Assembly (NCBI GenBank): GCA_964445575.1
Contig: CAYULB010000007.1
Span: forward strand, 3,039-67,038
Source of the DNA: an uncultured Eubacteriales bacterium
GTDB taxonomy: Bacteria > Acidobacteriota > Aminicenantia > Aminicenantales > Aminicenantaceae
Direction: 5' to 3'
Length of the DNA: 64,000 nt
The stretch's first letter is position 1. Every line of letters begins with the position of its first letter. Of the stretch, positions 9,601-17,137 are shown piece after piece. Below the pieces are notes generated by a model. It searched no databases and was not told where the DNA came from. It was given only the letters and a program-made list of their open reading frames with translations. The position numbers and the translations under genes were made by a program.

Positions 9601-9929
9601 AAAGCATAGCTTTAATGACACTTCATGCTGCCAAAGGGCTGGAATTCACCTGTGTTTTTATCACAGGATGTGAAGAGGGCATTCTCCCGTACTCTCTTTT
9701 CCCGGGGCATAAAGCAGACCGAGAAGAAGAAAGACGAATTTTGTATGTAGGCATGACCCGAGCTAAAAAACATCTCTATTTAACTTACGCAAAAAGGAGA
9801 TTTATTCAAGGAAAATGCTTTGAGTTAAAAAGAAGCAGTTTCTTGGATGATATTGAAGCCGCTTTTATAAAAAGCACGGTTTCTCCATTCCAACGAAAAA
9901 AAACTCCCCAGATGAAGCTATTCTCTTAA
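6675..9929 (+). CDS. Fusion protein: N-terminal EndoQ-like PHP-domain endonuclease with a Zn-ribbon, and a C-terminal UvrD/PcrA-type SF1 DNA helicase
   Basis: Residues 1 to ~415 carry DLHIHSHFSRATS, GTGDFTHPGW, NSDAHS, CPQCGKK and GFDGEYGRIRVF, which matches the EndoQ layout as I remember it. Residues ~490-1084 carry helicase motifs I (AGPGTGKT), Ia (TFTNKAAGEM), II (VDEFQD), III (GDPDQSIYGFRGA) and VI (YVGMTRAKKHLYL). Confidence 0.85.
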   Translation: MRFISDLHIHSHFSRATSKQLVPEFIDYWARLKGISAVGTGDFTHPGWLNELKEKLEPVEDGLFELKKKFKKNLDIPKPKNLCSEVRFILSTEISSIYKKNSKVRKVHNVILSPDFATAEKIQKSLLKIGGNITSDGRPILGLDSKDLLEMTLEASDKTFFIPAHIWTPWFSVLGSKSGFDSIEECFEDLTPLISAVETGLSTDAPMHWMCTFLDRFNLVSNSDAHSSEKLGRNANIFNTELTYSHIIKALESGDPDKFKGTIDLFPQEGKYHYDGHRKCGIRWNPVQTLQNKKICPQCGKKVTIGVMHRVVELSDREDLDERPNKLPFISIIPLKEILSEITGVGSTSKAVDSEYFSLIRSCGPELHILLDLPPEELNKRGFEVLAEAVKRMRNRQVIIQEGFDGEYGRIRVFNHKKSFTRESQKNLFHKKTEAPSVVPKRKIINFDLKDYRKLQKKIPPAPSQLLLEAKENQTEKQKELLSVKHLNTEQKQAVEHNKGPAAVIAGPGTGKTHTLCCRMAYIIQRNKTPPGNILAVTFTNKAAGEMKNRLNDMVGHKSKLTGIRVATFHAFGYEILKKHCELLNRSKNFSIISEEERTDFLQDIFGFKHQKATATAKVIKEAKQNLRMLEEAKESPLCSLLTSYEEKLIESDLFDIDDCIYQPLFLFSNFPSLLIQYRKSISCMLVDEFQDINCVQYEIMRKIMPEQDASLYIIGDPDQSIYGFRGAGPRFLNDFLKDYPKASIYRLKQSYRCSDLILRASGKLVQKNEFERDHLKGLFRGVKVNLVSNATEKSEAEFVARRIEDIIGGVRFFSIDSEISEGEEKEGINSFSDFAVLCRTKEQMKPIEKAFNDHSIPFQKVGETPFFREEPLKSVLNVYRLSLHQENAFLKQSLIRKKTIKAGYISGLPDLTENKPVREGLTSIINHFFSREKKSAEDSIKKLLDLAEDYKNNTEEFLKHISLGSGADTHDSSLESIALMTLHAAKGLEFTCVFITGCEEGILPYSLFPGHKADREEERRILYVGMTRAKKHLYLTYAKRRFIQGKCFELKRSSFLDDIEAAFIKSTVSPFQRKKTPQMKLFS

Positions 9930-9993
9930 ACCCAACAAAAATATCATGGAAGAATCTTTCATTCCGTGATATGCATACACATTGTCTTTTGAC

Positions 9994-10050
9994 GGGAGAG
10001 AGATTCCTCGCTGGGGAATCGAACGGGTGACGAATCCCATGCCTTCTCCC
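9994..10050 (+). other. GC-rich stem-loop cluster downstream of the helicase gene
   Basis: GGGAGA (9994-9999) pairs with TCTCCC (10045-10050), enclosing GATTCC (10002-10007) / GGAATC (10015-10020). There is no trailing T-run, so it is not a canonical terminator. Confidence 0.25.
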
Positions 10051-10140
10051 CTCATAATGGTGTTGAAGATTCTCACAAATCTTATTCAAAGTTTGACAAC
10101 CTTTCTCAAGAGTGCTAAAAAGCTTTCAAGTTAGGTAAAA

Positions 10141-10250
10141 AATACAAACAAGAAAAATGCTTAGGTCATTATTCTTGAAAAAATCTTGTGCATTGCTGAA
10201 AATAAAATAATAATAAACTCATCACAATTTTTTTATGAATGGATCAGGTA
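10141..10250 (+). repeat. Copy B of the ~110-bp direct repeat; contains the start codon and first five codons of the methyltransferase gene
   Basis: See copy A. Here the ATG at 10235 opens a 312-aa ORF. Confidence 0.75.
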
Positions 10251-11173
10251 AATTGAAGATACCCCTAAACAAGCACTTTTTTTTCACCAGAACAGAATGT
10301 CCTGTCTGTTCAAGCCCCAATATCAAACCATTCAGAAAAAGAAATGTTTCCTATAAAGACTTTAATCACAACCAGATTAAAATCACTGACAGTGACTATG
10401 GAAAAATTTGGGACCTAAGCCGATGCTTTGACTGCACCCATATCTTTGCAAATCCCTGTCCCACTTCAGAATACATTCAATCCCTATACAAAAAAATAAA
10501 AGATCCTTCCTATGAAGAAGAGACAGCGGGACGCAAAAAAAATTTTTTTCCTATCCTTTGGAACACCCATGAAATCCTTCCAGGACGGGGGAATATATTT
10601 GATGTGGGAGCTGCCACAGGAATTTTCTTAAACCTGGCCCAAAAATATGGGTGGAATCCTGATGGTATTGAAGCCAGCACATGGGCGGTTGATAGAGCAA
10701 GAGAAAAATACAATCTTAATATTCAAAAGGGCACCTTTGAATCAGCCGAACTTAAAAAGGATCACTACCAAGCTGTCACTATGATCGATTTTATTGAACA
10801 CATTCCCCATCCCTTTAAAGCTGTCCTCAAAGCACAAGAAATTTTAAGACCTGGAGGGCTGCTGTGCCTGGTCACCCCAAACCAGCACAGTCTAGCTGCT
10901 AAATTATCAGGCAGAAAATGGTGGCATTTCAGGCCAGCACACATTCACTATTTCACAAAAAAAAGCCTTCAGATTCTTATGCAGAATGCAGGATTTAAAA
11001 CAGTCAAAATAAGAAGTTACTACTGGACTTTTTCTGCTCACTATCTTATCTCAAGGTTTAACATTCTGAGCTTTTTAATAGACAATCACATTCTTTCTTC
11101 TTTTTTCAAAAAAATTCCGATAAAATTGGCTCTAGGTGATTCAATAGAGCTTTATGCTCAAAAAATAGATTGA
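10235..11173 (+). CDS. Class I SAM-dependent methyltransferase with an N-terminal Cys4 zinc ribbon
   Basis: CPVCSS...CFDCTH, then the SAM motif I region FDVGAATGIF and the post-I/II pattern (VTMIDFIEHIPHP, LRPGGLLCLVTPN). Confidence 0.8.
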   Translation: MNGSGKLKIPLNKHFFFTRTECPVCSSPNIKPFRKRNVSYKDFNHNQIKITDSDYGKIWDLSRCFDCTHIFANPCPTSEYIQSLYKKIKDPSYEEETAGRKKNFFPILWNTHEILPGRGNIFDVGAATGIFLNLAQKYGWNPDGIEASTWAVDRAREKYNLNIQKGTFESAELKKDHYQAVTMIDFIEHIPHPFKAVLKAQEILRPGGLLCLVTPNQHSLAAKLSGRKWWHFRPAHIHYFTKKSLQILMQNAGFKTVKIRSYYWTFSAHYLISRFNILSFLIDNHILSSFFKKIPIKLALGDSIELYAQKID

Positions 11174-11174
11174 C

Positions 11175-12083
11175 ATGAACTCCTATCTAAAAGCAGCTCG
11201 ACCTGAAAGATGGCCCAGAAGCCTTGCTATCTTTGTGGGAACTGCCTCCTTCTTTCTGCTTAACAGAGAGCAGAGTGCTGCCTTAAGTCTCAACATGATT
11301 CTATTGAGGTCCCTGTTTATTTTCCTCCTGACATGGGCTATCTCCACAGCTAATTATATCATTAATGAGATAGTGGACGCTCCTTTTGACATTCACCACC
11401 CTACTAAAAAGAACCGCCCCTTAATCCGAGGAGAGATCAGAAAGTTTCCGTTTCTCTTTTTGGGACTGATACTTTCTCTAAGCAGCCTTACAGCAGCCTT
11501 TTTGTTCTTTAATAAAGCTTTCTTTTTCTCTTTGCTGGCACTGTTGGTGGCAGGATTTATTTACAATCTAAAACCCATTAGAACCAAAGACATTCCTTTT
11601 CTTGATTCCATATCTGAATCGGCCAACAATCCTATCCGTTTTTTTATTGGATGGTATGCTTTTGCACAAACTGAAAATTTTCCTCCTCTGTCTCTCATAG
11701 TGAGCTGGTGGGCTTTTGGAAATTTTCTTATGGTCGCCAAAAGACTCTCGGAATTCAGGTTCCTTAAAGAAAATGCTGGGAATTACAGGGCTTCGTTAAA
11801 AAGATACTCCAAAATATCACTTATTCTAGGGATGGTCATAAGTGTGTTGTTCTTTTTTGCAGCATTCTTTTATTTTGCCCTATCCTTTAAGCTCCAATCC
11901 TTCTGTTATCTTTCTCCCCTGCTGTTTATATACTTTATTATTTTTTTCAAACACACACTGCAAAAAAAAGAAGTTATGGAAGAACCAGAAAGACTGCTTA
12001 AAAATCCTTGGTTTGCCGGCTACACCCTGTTTTTGATATTGATTTTTTTCACTTCTTTTCTTATGGACAAAATGGGGCATTAG
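11175..12083 (+). CDS. UbiA-family prenyltransferase resembling polyprenyl-phosphate 5-phosphoribosyltransferase (DPPR synthase, Rv3806c-like)
   Basis: Multi-TM protein of 302 aa. It carries ARPERWPRS, NYIINEIVDAPFDIHHPTKKNRPLIRGEI (NxxxDxxxD + HPxKxxRP), and later MVAKR and YRASLKRYS blocks that parallel Rv3806c as I recall it. Confidence 0.65.
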   Translation: MNSYLKAARPERWPRSLAIFVGTASFFLLNREQSAALSLNMILLRSLFIFLLTWAISTANYIINEIVDAPFDIHHPTKKNRPLIRGEIRKFPFLFLGLILSLSSLTAAFLFFNKAFFFSLLALLVAGFIYNLKPIRTKDIPFLDSISESANNPIRFFIGWYAFAQTENFPPLSLIVSWWAFGNFLMVAKRLSEFRFLKENAGNYRASLKRYSKISLILGMVISVLFFFAAFFYFALSFKLQSFCYLSPLLFIYFIIFFKHTLQKKEVMEEPERLLKNPWFAGYTLFLILIFFTSFLMDKMGH

Positions 12084-12123
12084 CAAGAAGGATTCCTACT
12101 CTGAGTTTATTCATAAGTTGACA

Positions 12124-12158
12124 AAAACAGTACCGCCTTACCTGTTTACCTTGTTTTT
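12124..12158 (+). repeat. 35-nt intergenic motif AAAACAGTACCGCCTTACCTGTTTACCTTGTTTTT (second copy at 37276-37310)
   Basis: 32/35 identical to 37276-37310 in the same orientation. A 12-nt core, TTACCTTGTTTT, also occurs at 31047-31058. Confidence 0.6.
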
Positions 12159-12249
12159 CTGCCGAGTCTATTGGGATTAATTTTCTTGTTCTTGTTTTTA
12201 TCCTGCAGCTTATGATAAATTAATATTGACTTTTTGAAAGGGAATAGTG

Positions 12250-12897
12250 ATGCAAACAGCAGAAGTGATATTAAAACTTTTACTGGCCACTGCTTTAGGG
12301 GGACTCATCGGCTTGGAAAGAGAATCCAGCCGAAAACCAGCAGGGCTTAGAACGAATATCCTTATATGTCTTGGCTCAACCATGGTGATGATCTTGTCAG
12401 GGCTTCTTCTTGAGGGGAAAGAGACATCCATGGGAGACCTGACTCGGATAGCCGCTGGAGTCATAACAGGGATCGGTTTTATTGGGGCAGGCACCATAAT
12501 CCAGTCTAAAGGTATGGTCATCGGGCTCACCACTGCGGCTGGAATCTGGGCTGTCTCTGTGCTGGGACTTGTTATTGGATCTGGGTATTATCTCTTTGCT
12601 GTTATTTTCACGGTTATTGTCATCCTAAATCTTTTTATTCTAGGAAAAATTGAAAAAGAGCACATAAAGAAAGGAACATACCGCTACACTGTCAAATCTG
12701 AATCTTCCAAAAAAATATTACTGGATATTAAGAAAATCGCTCTTCATGAAGGCATAAAATTCAAAGAAATTTCCCATAAAAAAGAAGGAGCCCTTACCAT
12801 CATCTCCTTTGCCTTTGAGGCCCCCGATGAAAACGAACAATGTTTCTACAAGAGCCTTACAGATCTAAAAGAAATCAAAGAACTTAATATTGATTAA
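12250..12897 (+). CDS. MgtC/SapB family membrane protein
   Basis: LLLATALGGLIGLERE signature, 4-5 TM helices and a soluble C-terminal domain. ATG 12250 is preferred over GTG 12247 because of the GGGA RBS. Confidence 0.85.
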   Translation: MQTAEVILKLLLATALGGLIGLERESSRKPAGLRTNILICLGSTMVMILSGLLLEGKETSMGDLTRIAAGVITGIGFIGAGTIIQSKGMVIGLTTAAGIWAVSVLGLVIGSGYYLFAVIFTVIVILNLFILGKIEKEHIKKGTYRYTVKSESSKKILLDIKKIALHEGIKFKEISHKKEGALTIISFAFEAPDENEQCFYKSLTDLKEIKELNID

Positions 12898-13489
12898 AAA
12901 AAAGCTTCTTCTCGCAACCACTAATCAAGGAAAAGTAAATGAGATACAAAACTTTCTCTCATCCTTTCCTTTAGAAATCATCTCTATTAAGGATATAAGT
13001 TCTGCCTACTTGTTCATAGAGACCGGAAAAACTTTTATGGAAAATGCAGCGGGAAAAGCTCTTTTTTACAGTCGAATATGGCCGGGATTAACTCTGGGAG
13101 AAGATTCAGGGCTTGAAATAGAAAAATTGGCTGGAGCTCCCGGAGTATTATCCGCTAGGTATTCAGGAAACCATGCCACAGATGAAAAGAATATAGAAAA
13201 AGTACTGCATCAATTAAGAGGAGTTCCTGAAGAAAAAAGAAGAGCAAGATTTGTATGCTGTATGGTGTTAGCTGAAAAGGATAAGATAATACATAAAATC
13301 AAGGAACACACCTCAGGATATATCCTTACCCAAAAAAAAGGAAATCATGGGTTTGGTTATGATCCCATATTTTTTTGCTCTCCCTTAAACAAGACCTTTG
13401 CCCAGCTCACCCCTGAAGAAAAAAATTCAGTCAGCCACAGGGGAAAAGCTTTAAAAAAATTAAAGGCTTTTCTCCAGCAATATCTCTAA
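12890..13489 (+). CDS. rdgB: Non-canonical purine NTP pyrophosphatase (dITP/XTP pyrophosphatase), RdgB/HAM1 family
   Basis: LLLATTNQGKVNEI, EDSGLEI, FGYDPIF and SHRGKA motifs. TTG start overlapping the mgtC stop. Confidence 0.88.
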   Translation: MIKKKLLLATTNQGKVNEIQNFLSSFPLEIISIKDISSAYLFIETGKTFMENAAGKALFYSRIWPGLTLGEDSGLEIEKLAGAPGVLSARYSGNHATDEKNIEKVLHQLRGVPEEKRRARFVCCMVLAEKDKIIHKIKEHTSGYILTQKKGNHGFGYDPIFFCSPLNKTFAQLTPEEKNSVSHRGKALKKLKAFLQQYL

Positions 13490-13658
13490 ACAAAAATTAT
13501 CCCTATGCCAACCTAAGTAGATAGAAAACAGAAGCAAAAGTTAACCTCAGCTTACACTTACAAATAACTCTCTCCTCTAAATTACTGATATGTCTAGGTT
13601 TATCAAATTCTCCCTTTTGGCCTGGATTTTGCTTTTACTAAATTGAAAGGAGGTTTAA

Positions 13659-13967
13659 ATGAAAAATTTAACCATTAAAAGCTTGACTGCTGGATTGGTC
13701 ATTGTCTTGGCATTCACAACAGGCTTAGCAGCAGTGGGGGGGATTCATCCGGGACAGGAGGCTGAAAAGATCAATATCAATACAGCTTCTCTGGCCGAAC
13801 TCCAGAAACTGCCCCGTATAGGAGAAGTTGTGGCTCAAAGAATCATTGATTATAGGGAGAAAAACGGAAAGTTCACCAAGATCGAAGAAATAATGAAGGT
13901 GAGGGGAATCGGAGAAAAAACATTTGAAAGCTTTAAAGACCTGATCACGGTGGGATCAAAGAATTAA
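13659..13967 (+). CDS. comEA: ComEA-family helix-hairpin-helix DNA-binding protein with an N-terminal signal or anchor
   Basis: [35 protein letters not shown]...GIGEKTF (two HhH motifs). GGAGG RBS. Confidence 0.85.
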   Translation: MKNLTIKSLTAGLVIVLAFTTGLAAVGGIHPGQEAEKININTASLAELQKLPRIGEVVAQRIIDYREKNGKFTKIEEIMKVRGIGEKTFESFKDLITVGSKN

Positions 13968-13968
13968 A

Positions 13969-13999
13969 AGAAGAGAGGGGCCTTCCCTCTCTTCTTTTT
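13969..13999. terminator. Bidirectional rho-independent terminator between the convergent comEA and xerC genes
   Basis: 11-bp perfect stem AGAAGAGAGGG / CCCTCTCTTCT, 5-nt loop, with A-run and T-run flanks. Confidence 0.8.
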
Positions 14000-14003
14000 C
14001 TGT

Positions 14004-14888
14004 TTAAGACCGAGGATGACTTTTTTTATAGACTTCCAGAAGTCTCTTCAAATCGAGATGAGTGTACTTTTGAGTGGTGGCCAGGCTTTCATGCCCTAAA
14101 AGTTCCTGTATCACCCGCAGGTCTGCCCCTCGGCTCAGCAAATGGGAAGCAAATGAATGACGCAGGGAATGAGGACTGAGCTTTCTTTTGATTGCTGATT
14201 TTTTGAAATATTCATCCACGATTCGCTGGACCGATCTGGGAGTCAGCCTCCCGCCTCTGTAATTTAAAAACACGGGGTTTTTATCAATATCCCCTTTGTG
14301 AATAAGAAATCTCTTTTGTAGGTACTGTCTGAGTTTTTTCTCAGCCACAGTTCCAAAAGGAACTATGCGTTCTTTTTTTCCTTTGCCACGGACCCGGACT
14401 AGTCTCTCCTCAAAGTTTACATCGACAAGGTCTATTCCCACTAATTCACTGACCCTCAGGCCAGTGGCATAAAGCAACTCAAGCATAGCTCTATCTCTCA
14501 TATCCAGCGGCTTTTCAGAGTCAGGAAGGTCTAGAAACAAGGCCATCTCTTCTTCAGACAAAAAAGAAGGGACATTTTTTTCCTGCTTGGGAGTACTGAC
14601 CATCTTAGCAGGATTTTCTTTTATCCAATTCCTGTGAACACAGTACTGATAAAATGAGCGTACCGCAGCCAATTTGCGCGCCGCACTCGATTTTTTTATA
14701 TTATTTTGATACAGAAAAGCTAAGAAGCTTCTGATAAGAATATTATCCGCGTGCTTGTATTTTATTTTTTTGGAATGGATAAAAGATAAATACTGCTCAA
14801 TATCCCGTCTGTAAGCTGATACGGTATGCTTGGAGAAATTTTTTTCATACTTAAAATAATCTAGAAACTGCTCTAACTCTTTAATCAC
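14004..14888 (-). CDS. xerC: Tyrosine site-specific recombinase XerC/XerD
   Basis: N-terminal SAM-like domain, ATGLRVSEL, HSLRHSFASHL and LGHESLATTQKYTH catalytic motifs. The dprA-topA-xerC order is common. Confidence 0.88.
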   Translation of the reverse strand: MIKELEQFLDYFKYEKNFSKHTVSAYRRDIEQYLSFIHSKKIKYKHADNILIRSFLAFLYQNNIKKSSAARKLAAVRSFYQYCVHRNWIKENPAKMVSTPKQEKNVPSFLSEEEMALFLDLPDSEKPLDMRDRAMLELLYATGLRVSELVGIDLVDVNFEERLVRVRGKGKKERIVPFGTVAEKKLRQYLQKRFLIHKGDIDKNPVFLNYRGGRLTPRSVQRIVDEYFKKSAIKRKLSPHSLRHSFASHLLSRGADLRVIQELLGHESLATTQKYTHLDLKRLLEVYKKSHPRS

Positions 14889-17137
14889 TCTGAGTCAGCC
14901 TTGTTATCCCTGCTTTTCTCCCATATTTTATCTTTATCAATAAACTTCTTATAACCACATCCGTCCTGACTACAATATAAATAGGGTTTTCCTTTAATCA
15001 AATTTTTTTTGAATATTATTTTTCTTCCGCATTCCGGACAAGACCGGGAGACCGGCTCATCCCATGAAGCAAATTTACATTTAGGAAAATTGCTGCACCC
15101 ATAAAAAATTTTACCCTTTCTTGTTTTTTTTATCACCAAAGAACCACTGCATTCTGGACAATCAATCCCGGTATCCTTTTTCTCCTTTTTAATATATTTG
15201 CATTTTGGATAATTGGAACAAGCAATAAAAGAACCGTAGCGGCCTTGACGCACCACCATCTGGGAACCGCATTGGGGACATTTCTCATCCACTGGCTTGG
15301 CTTCCTTTTTATTAAGGCTTTTTTTAAAACGACATTCAGGAAACCCTGAACAGGCTTTGAATTTTCCATATCTTCCCGACTTTATAACCAGGGGTCGTCC
15401 GCATTCTGGACAATTTTCTTCAGAAGGAATGCCTTTGGTTTTCACTCCTTCTTTCCTGCTTGCTCTCTCCAAGTCTTTTTCAAGAAGCTCATTATAAGAT
15501 TTTATATACTCCAGCCAGCTCTTTTCGCCCTCGCTAATAAGGTCGAGGGCCTCTTCAAGCTGAGCAGTAAACTCATACTGCATTAAATCAGAAAAATTTT
15601 TAATCAAATAACTATTAACAAAAATTCCAACCTCAGTAGGGATAAACCTTCCTTTCCTCTTCAACACATAATCTCTGTCTTGGATGGTCGAGATAATGGG
15701 AGCGTAAGTACTGGGACGGCCTATTCCTCTGAACTCTAGCTCCTTAACGAGTGTTCCCTCTGAATAACGAGGAGGAGGTTGTGTGAATTTTTGTTCGCTG
15801 TCAAGTTTTTCCAGTTTAAGCTTTTCACCCTTTTCTGCTGACGGGAGTCTGACATCTTTGCTTTTTATATTGGGATAGGCAGCAAGAAATCCTTTAAATT
15901 TCATGACCTCTCCTTTAGCTCGAAAATGATAGCTCCCGGCTTTTATTTCAAACACAGTCTCTTCCACTTTGGCAACGCTCATTTGAGAAGCAATGAATCG
16001 ATCCCATATCATTGAATAGATCTTGAGCTCATCTTTGTTCAAATACTGTTTTACTTTTTCTGGAGGAAGGTCAAAACAAGTGGGCCGTATAGCTTCATGT
16101 GCGTCTTGTGCTTTTTTCTTATTTTTAAACCTTCGGGGAGTTTTTGAGAGGTAATCCTTTGAATATTTTCTTTCTATATAGGCTCTTCCCCCTTTAATAG
16201 CTTGTTCTGAAATCCGAACAGAATCGGTTCTCATGTAAGTGATGAGTCCCACCAATCCTCTCTCCCCTATTTCCAAACCTTCATAGAGTTTTTGAGCAAT
16301 CATCATGGTCTTTTTTACAGGAAACTTGTTTATACGGAAACTGTCCTGCTGAAGGGTGCTTGTTATGTAGGGAGGATAGGGATTCTTTCTTTTTAACTTG
16401 ACTTTCAAGTCTTGGAGATAAAAGTGAGCTTTCTTCAGATCAGATAAAATCTTCTCAGCTGTCTGGCCGTCTTGAATCTTTGCTTTTTTTTCCTTTATTT
16501 TTACCAGGTCTGCGGTAAATGCAGGAGGTGATGAAGCTTTGAGGTGAGCGGTTATATTCCAGAATTCTTTAGGAACAAAATCATTTATTTCTTTCTCTCG
16601 TTCACAAATCAACCGAAGCGTTATGGACTGCACTCTTCCTGCACTCAAGCCTTTCCCTATCTTCTTCCATAAAAGGGGACTTATCCTGTAACCCACTAAC
16701 CTATCCAGAATCCTTCTTGCCTGTTGAGCTTTTATTTTATCTTCATCCAAAGAAAGGACTTTCTTAAAAGCATCTTCCACTGCATTCTTTGTTATTTCAT
16801 GGAAAAGGACCCGGTGGATGTTGCTGTTGTGGTCTTTTAAAACCTCTGATAAATGCCAGCAAATGGCCTCTCCTTCTCTATCCGGATCAGCAGCTAATAA
16901 TATGGAGTCATTCTTTTCAGCTTCCTTCTTAAGTTGAGAGACAACCTTTTTCTTTTCTGGGATTATTAGGAATTCGGGAGTAAAGTCTTTTTCCATATCA
17001 ACTCCCATCCTGTTTTTAGGGAGGTCTCGGATATGTCCCAGGGAAGCCCTGACTTCATAATCCGAACCTAGATATCGACTTAAGGTCTTTGCTTTTGCTG
17101 GAGATTCAACTATGACTAATTTTTTATCCATTACCAT
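14885..17137 (-). CDS. topA: DNA topoisomerase I
   Basis: TOPRIM LVIVESPAKAKT, DPDREGE, the active-site region YITYMRTDS, and four C-terminal CxxC...CxxC zinc ribbons. The start could instead be ATG 17131 (TAATG overlap). Confidence 0.95.
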   Translation of the reverse strand: MVMDKKLVIVESPAKAKTLSRYLGSDYEVRASLGHIRDLPKNRMGVDMEKDFTPEFLIIPEKKKVVSQLKKEAEKNDSILLAADPDREGEAICWHLSEVLKDHNSNIHRVLFHEITKNAVEDAFKKVLSLDEDKIKAQQARRILDRLVGYRISPLLWKKIGKGLSAGRVQSITLRLICEREKEINDFVPKEFWNITAHLKASSPPAFTADLVKIKEKKAKIQDGQTAEKILSDLKKAHFYLQDLKVKLKRKNPYPPYITSTLQQDSFRINKFPVKKTMMIAQKLYEGLEIGERGLVGLITYMRTDSVRISEQAIKGGRAYIERKYSKDYLSKTPRRFKNKKKAQDAHEAIRPTCFDLPPEKVKQYLNKDELKIYSMIWDRFIASQMSVAKVEETVFEIKAGSYHFRAKGEVMKFKGFLAAYPNIKSKDVRLPSAEKGEKLKLEKLDSEQKFTQPPPRYSEGTLVKELEFRGIGRPSTYAPIISTIQDRDYVLKRKGRFIPTEVGIFVNSYLIKNFSDLMQYEFTAQLEEALDLISEGEKSWLEYIKSYNELLEKDLERASRKEGVKTKGIPSEENCPECGRPLVIKSGRYGKFKACSGFPECRFKKSLNKKEAKPVDEKCPQCGSQMVVRQGRYGSFIACSNYPKCKYIKKEKKDTGIDCPECSGSLVIKKTRKGKIFYGCSNFPKCKFASWDEPVSRSCPECGRKIIFKKNLIKGKPYLYCSQDGCGYKKFIDKDKIWEKSRDNKADSE

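Noticed and set aside
10013-10030. Minus-strand GTTCGATTCCCC, resembling a tRNA T-loop/T-stem and a possible att-site remnant
   Set aside because: The 5' partner of the T-stem is not complementary, and no cloverleaf can be drawn. The implied acceptor stem would start with U. No integrase is nearby.
9865-10089. 74-aa minus-strand ORF overlapping the helicase 3' end and the GC-rich element
   Set aside because: It has no RBS, an R/H/C-rich composition that follows from the GC-rich structure, and it overlaps a confident gene.
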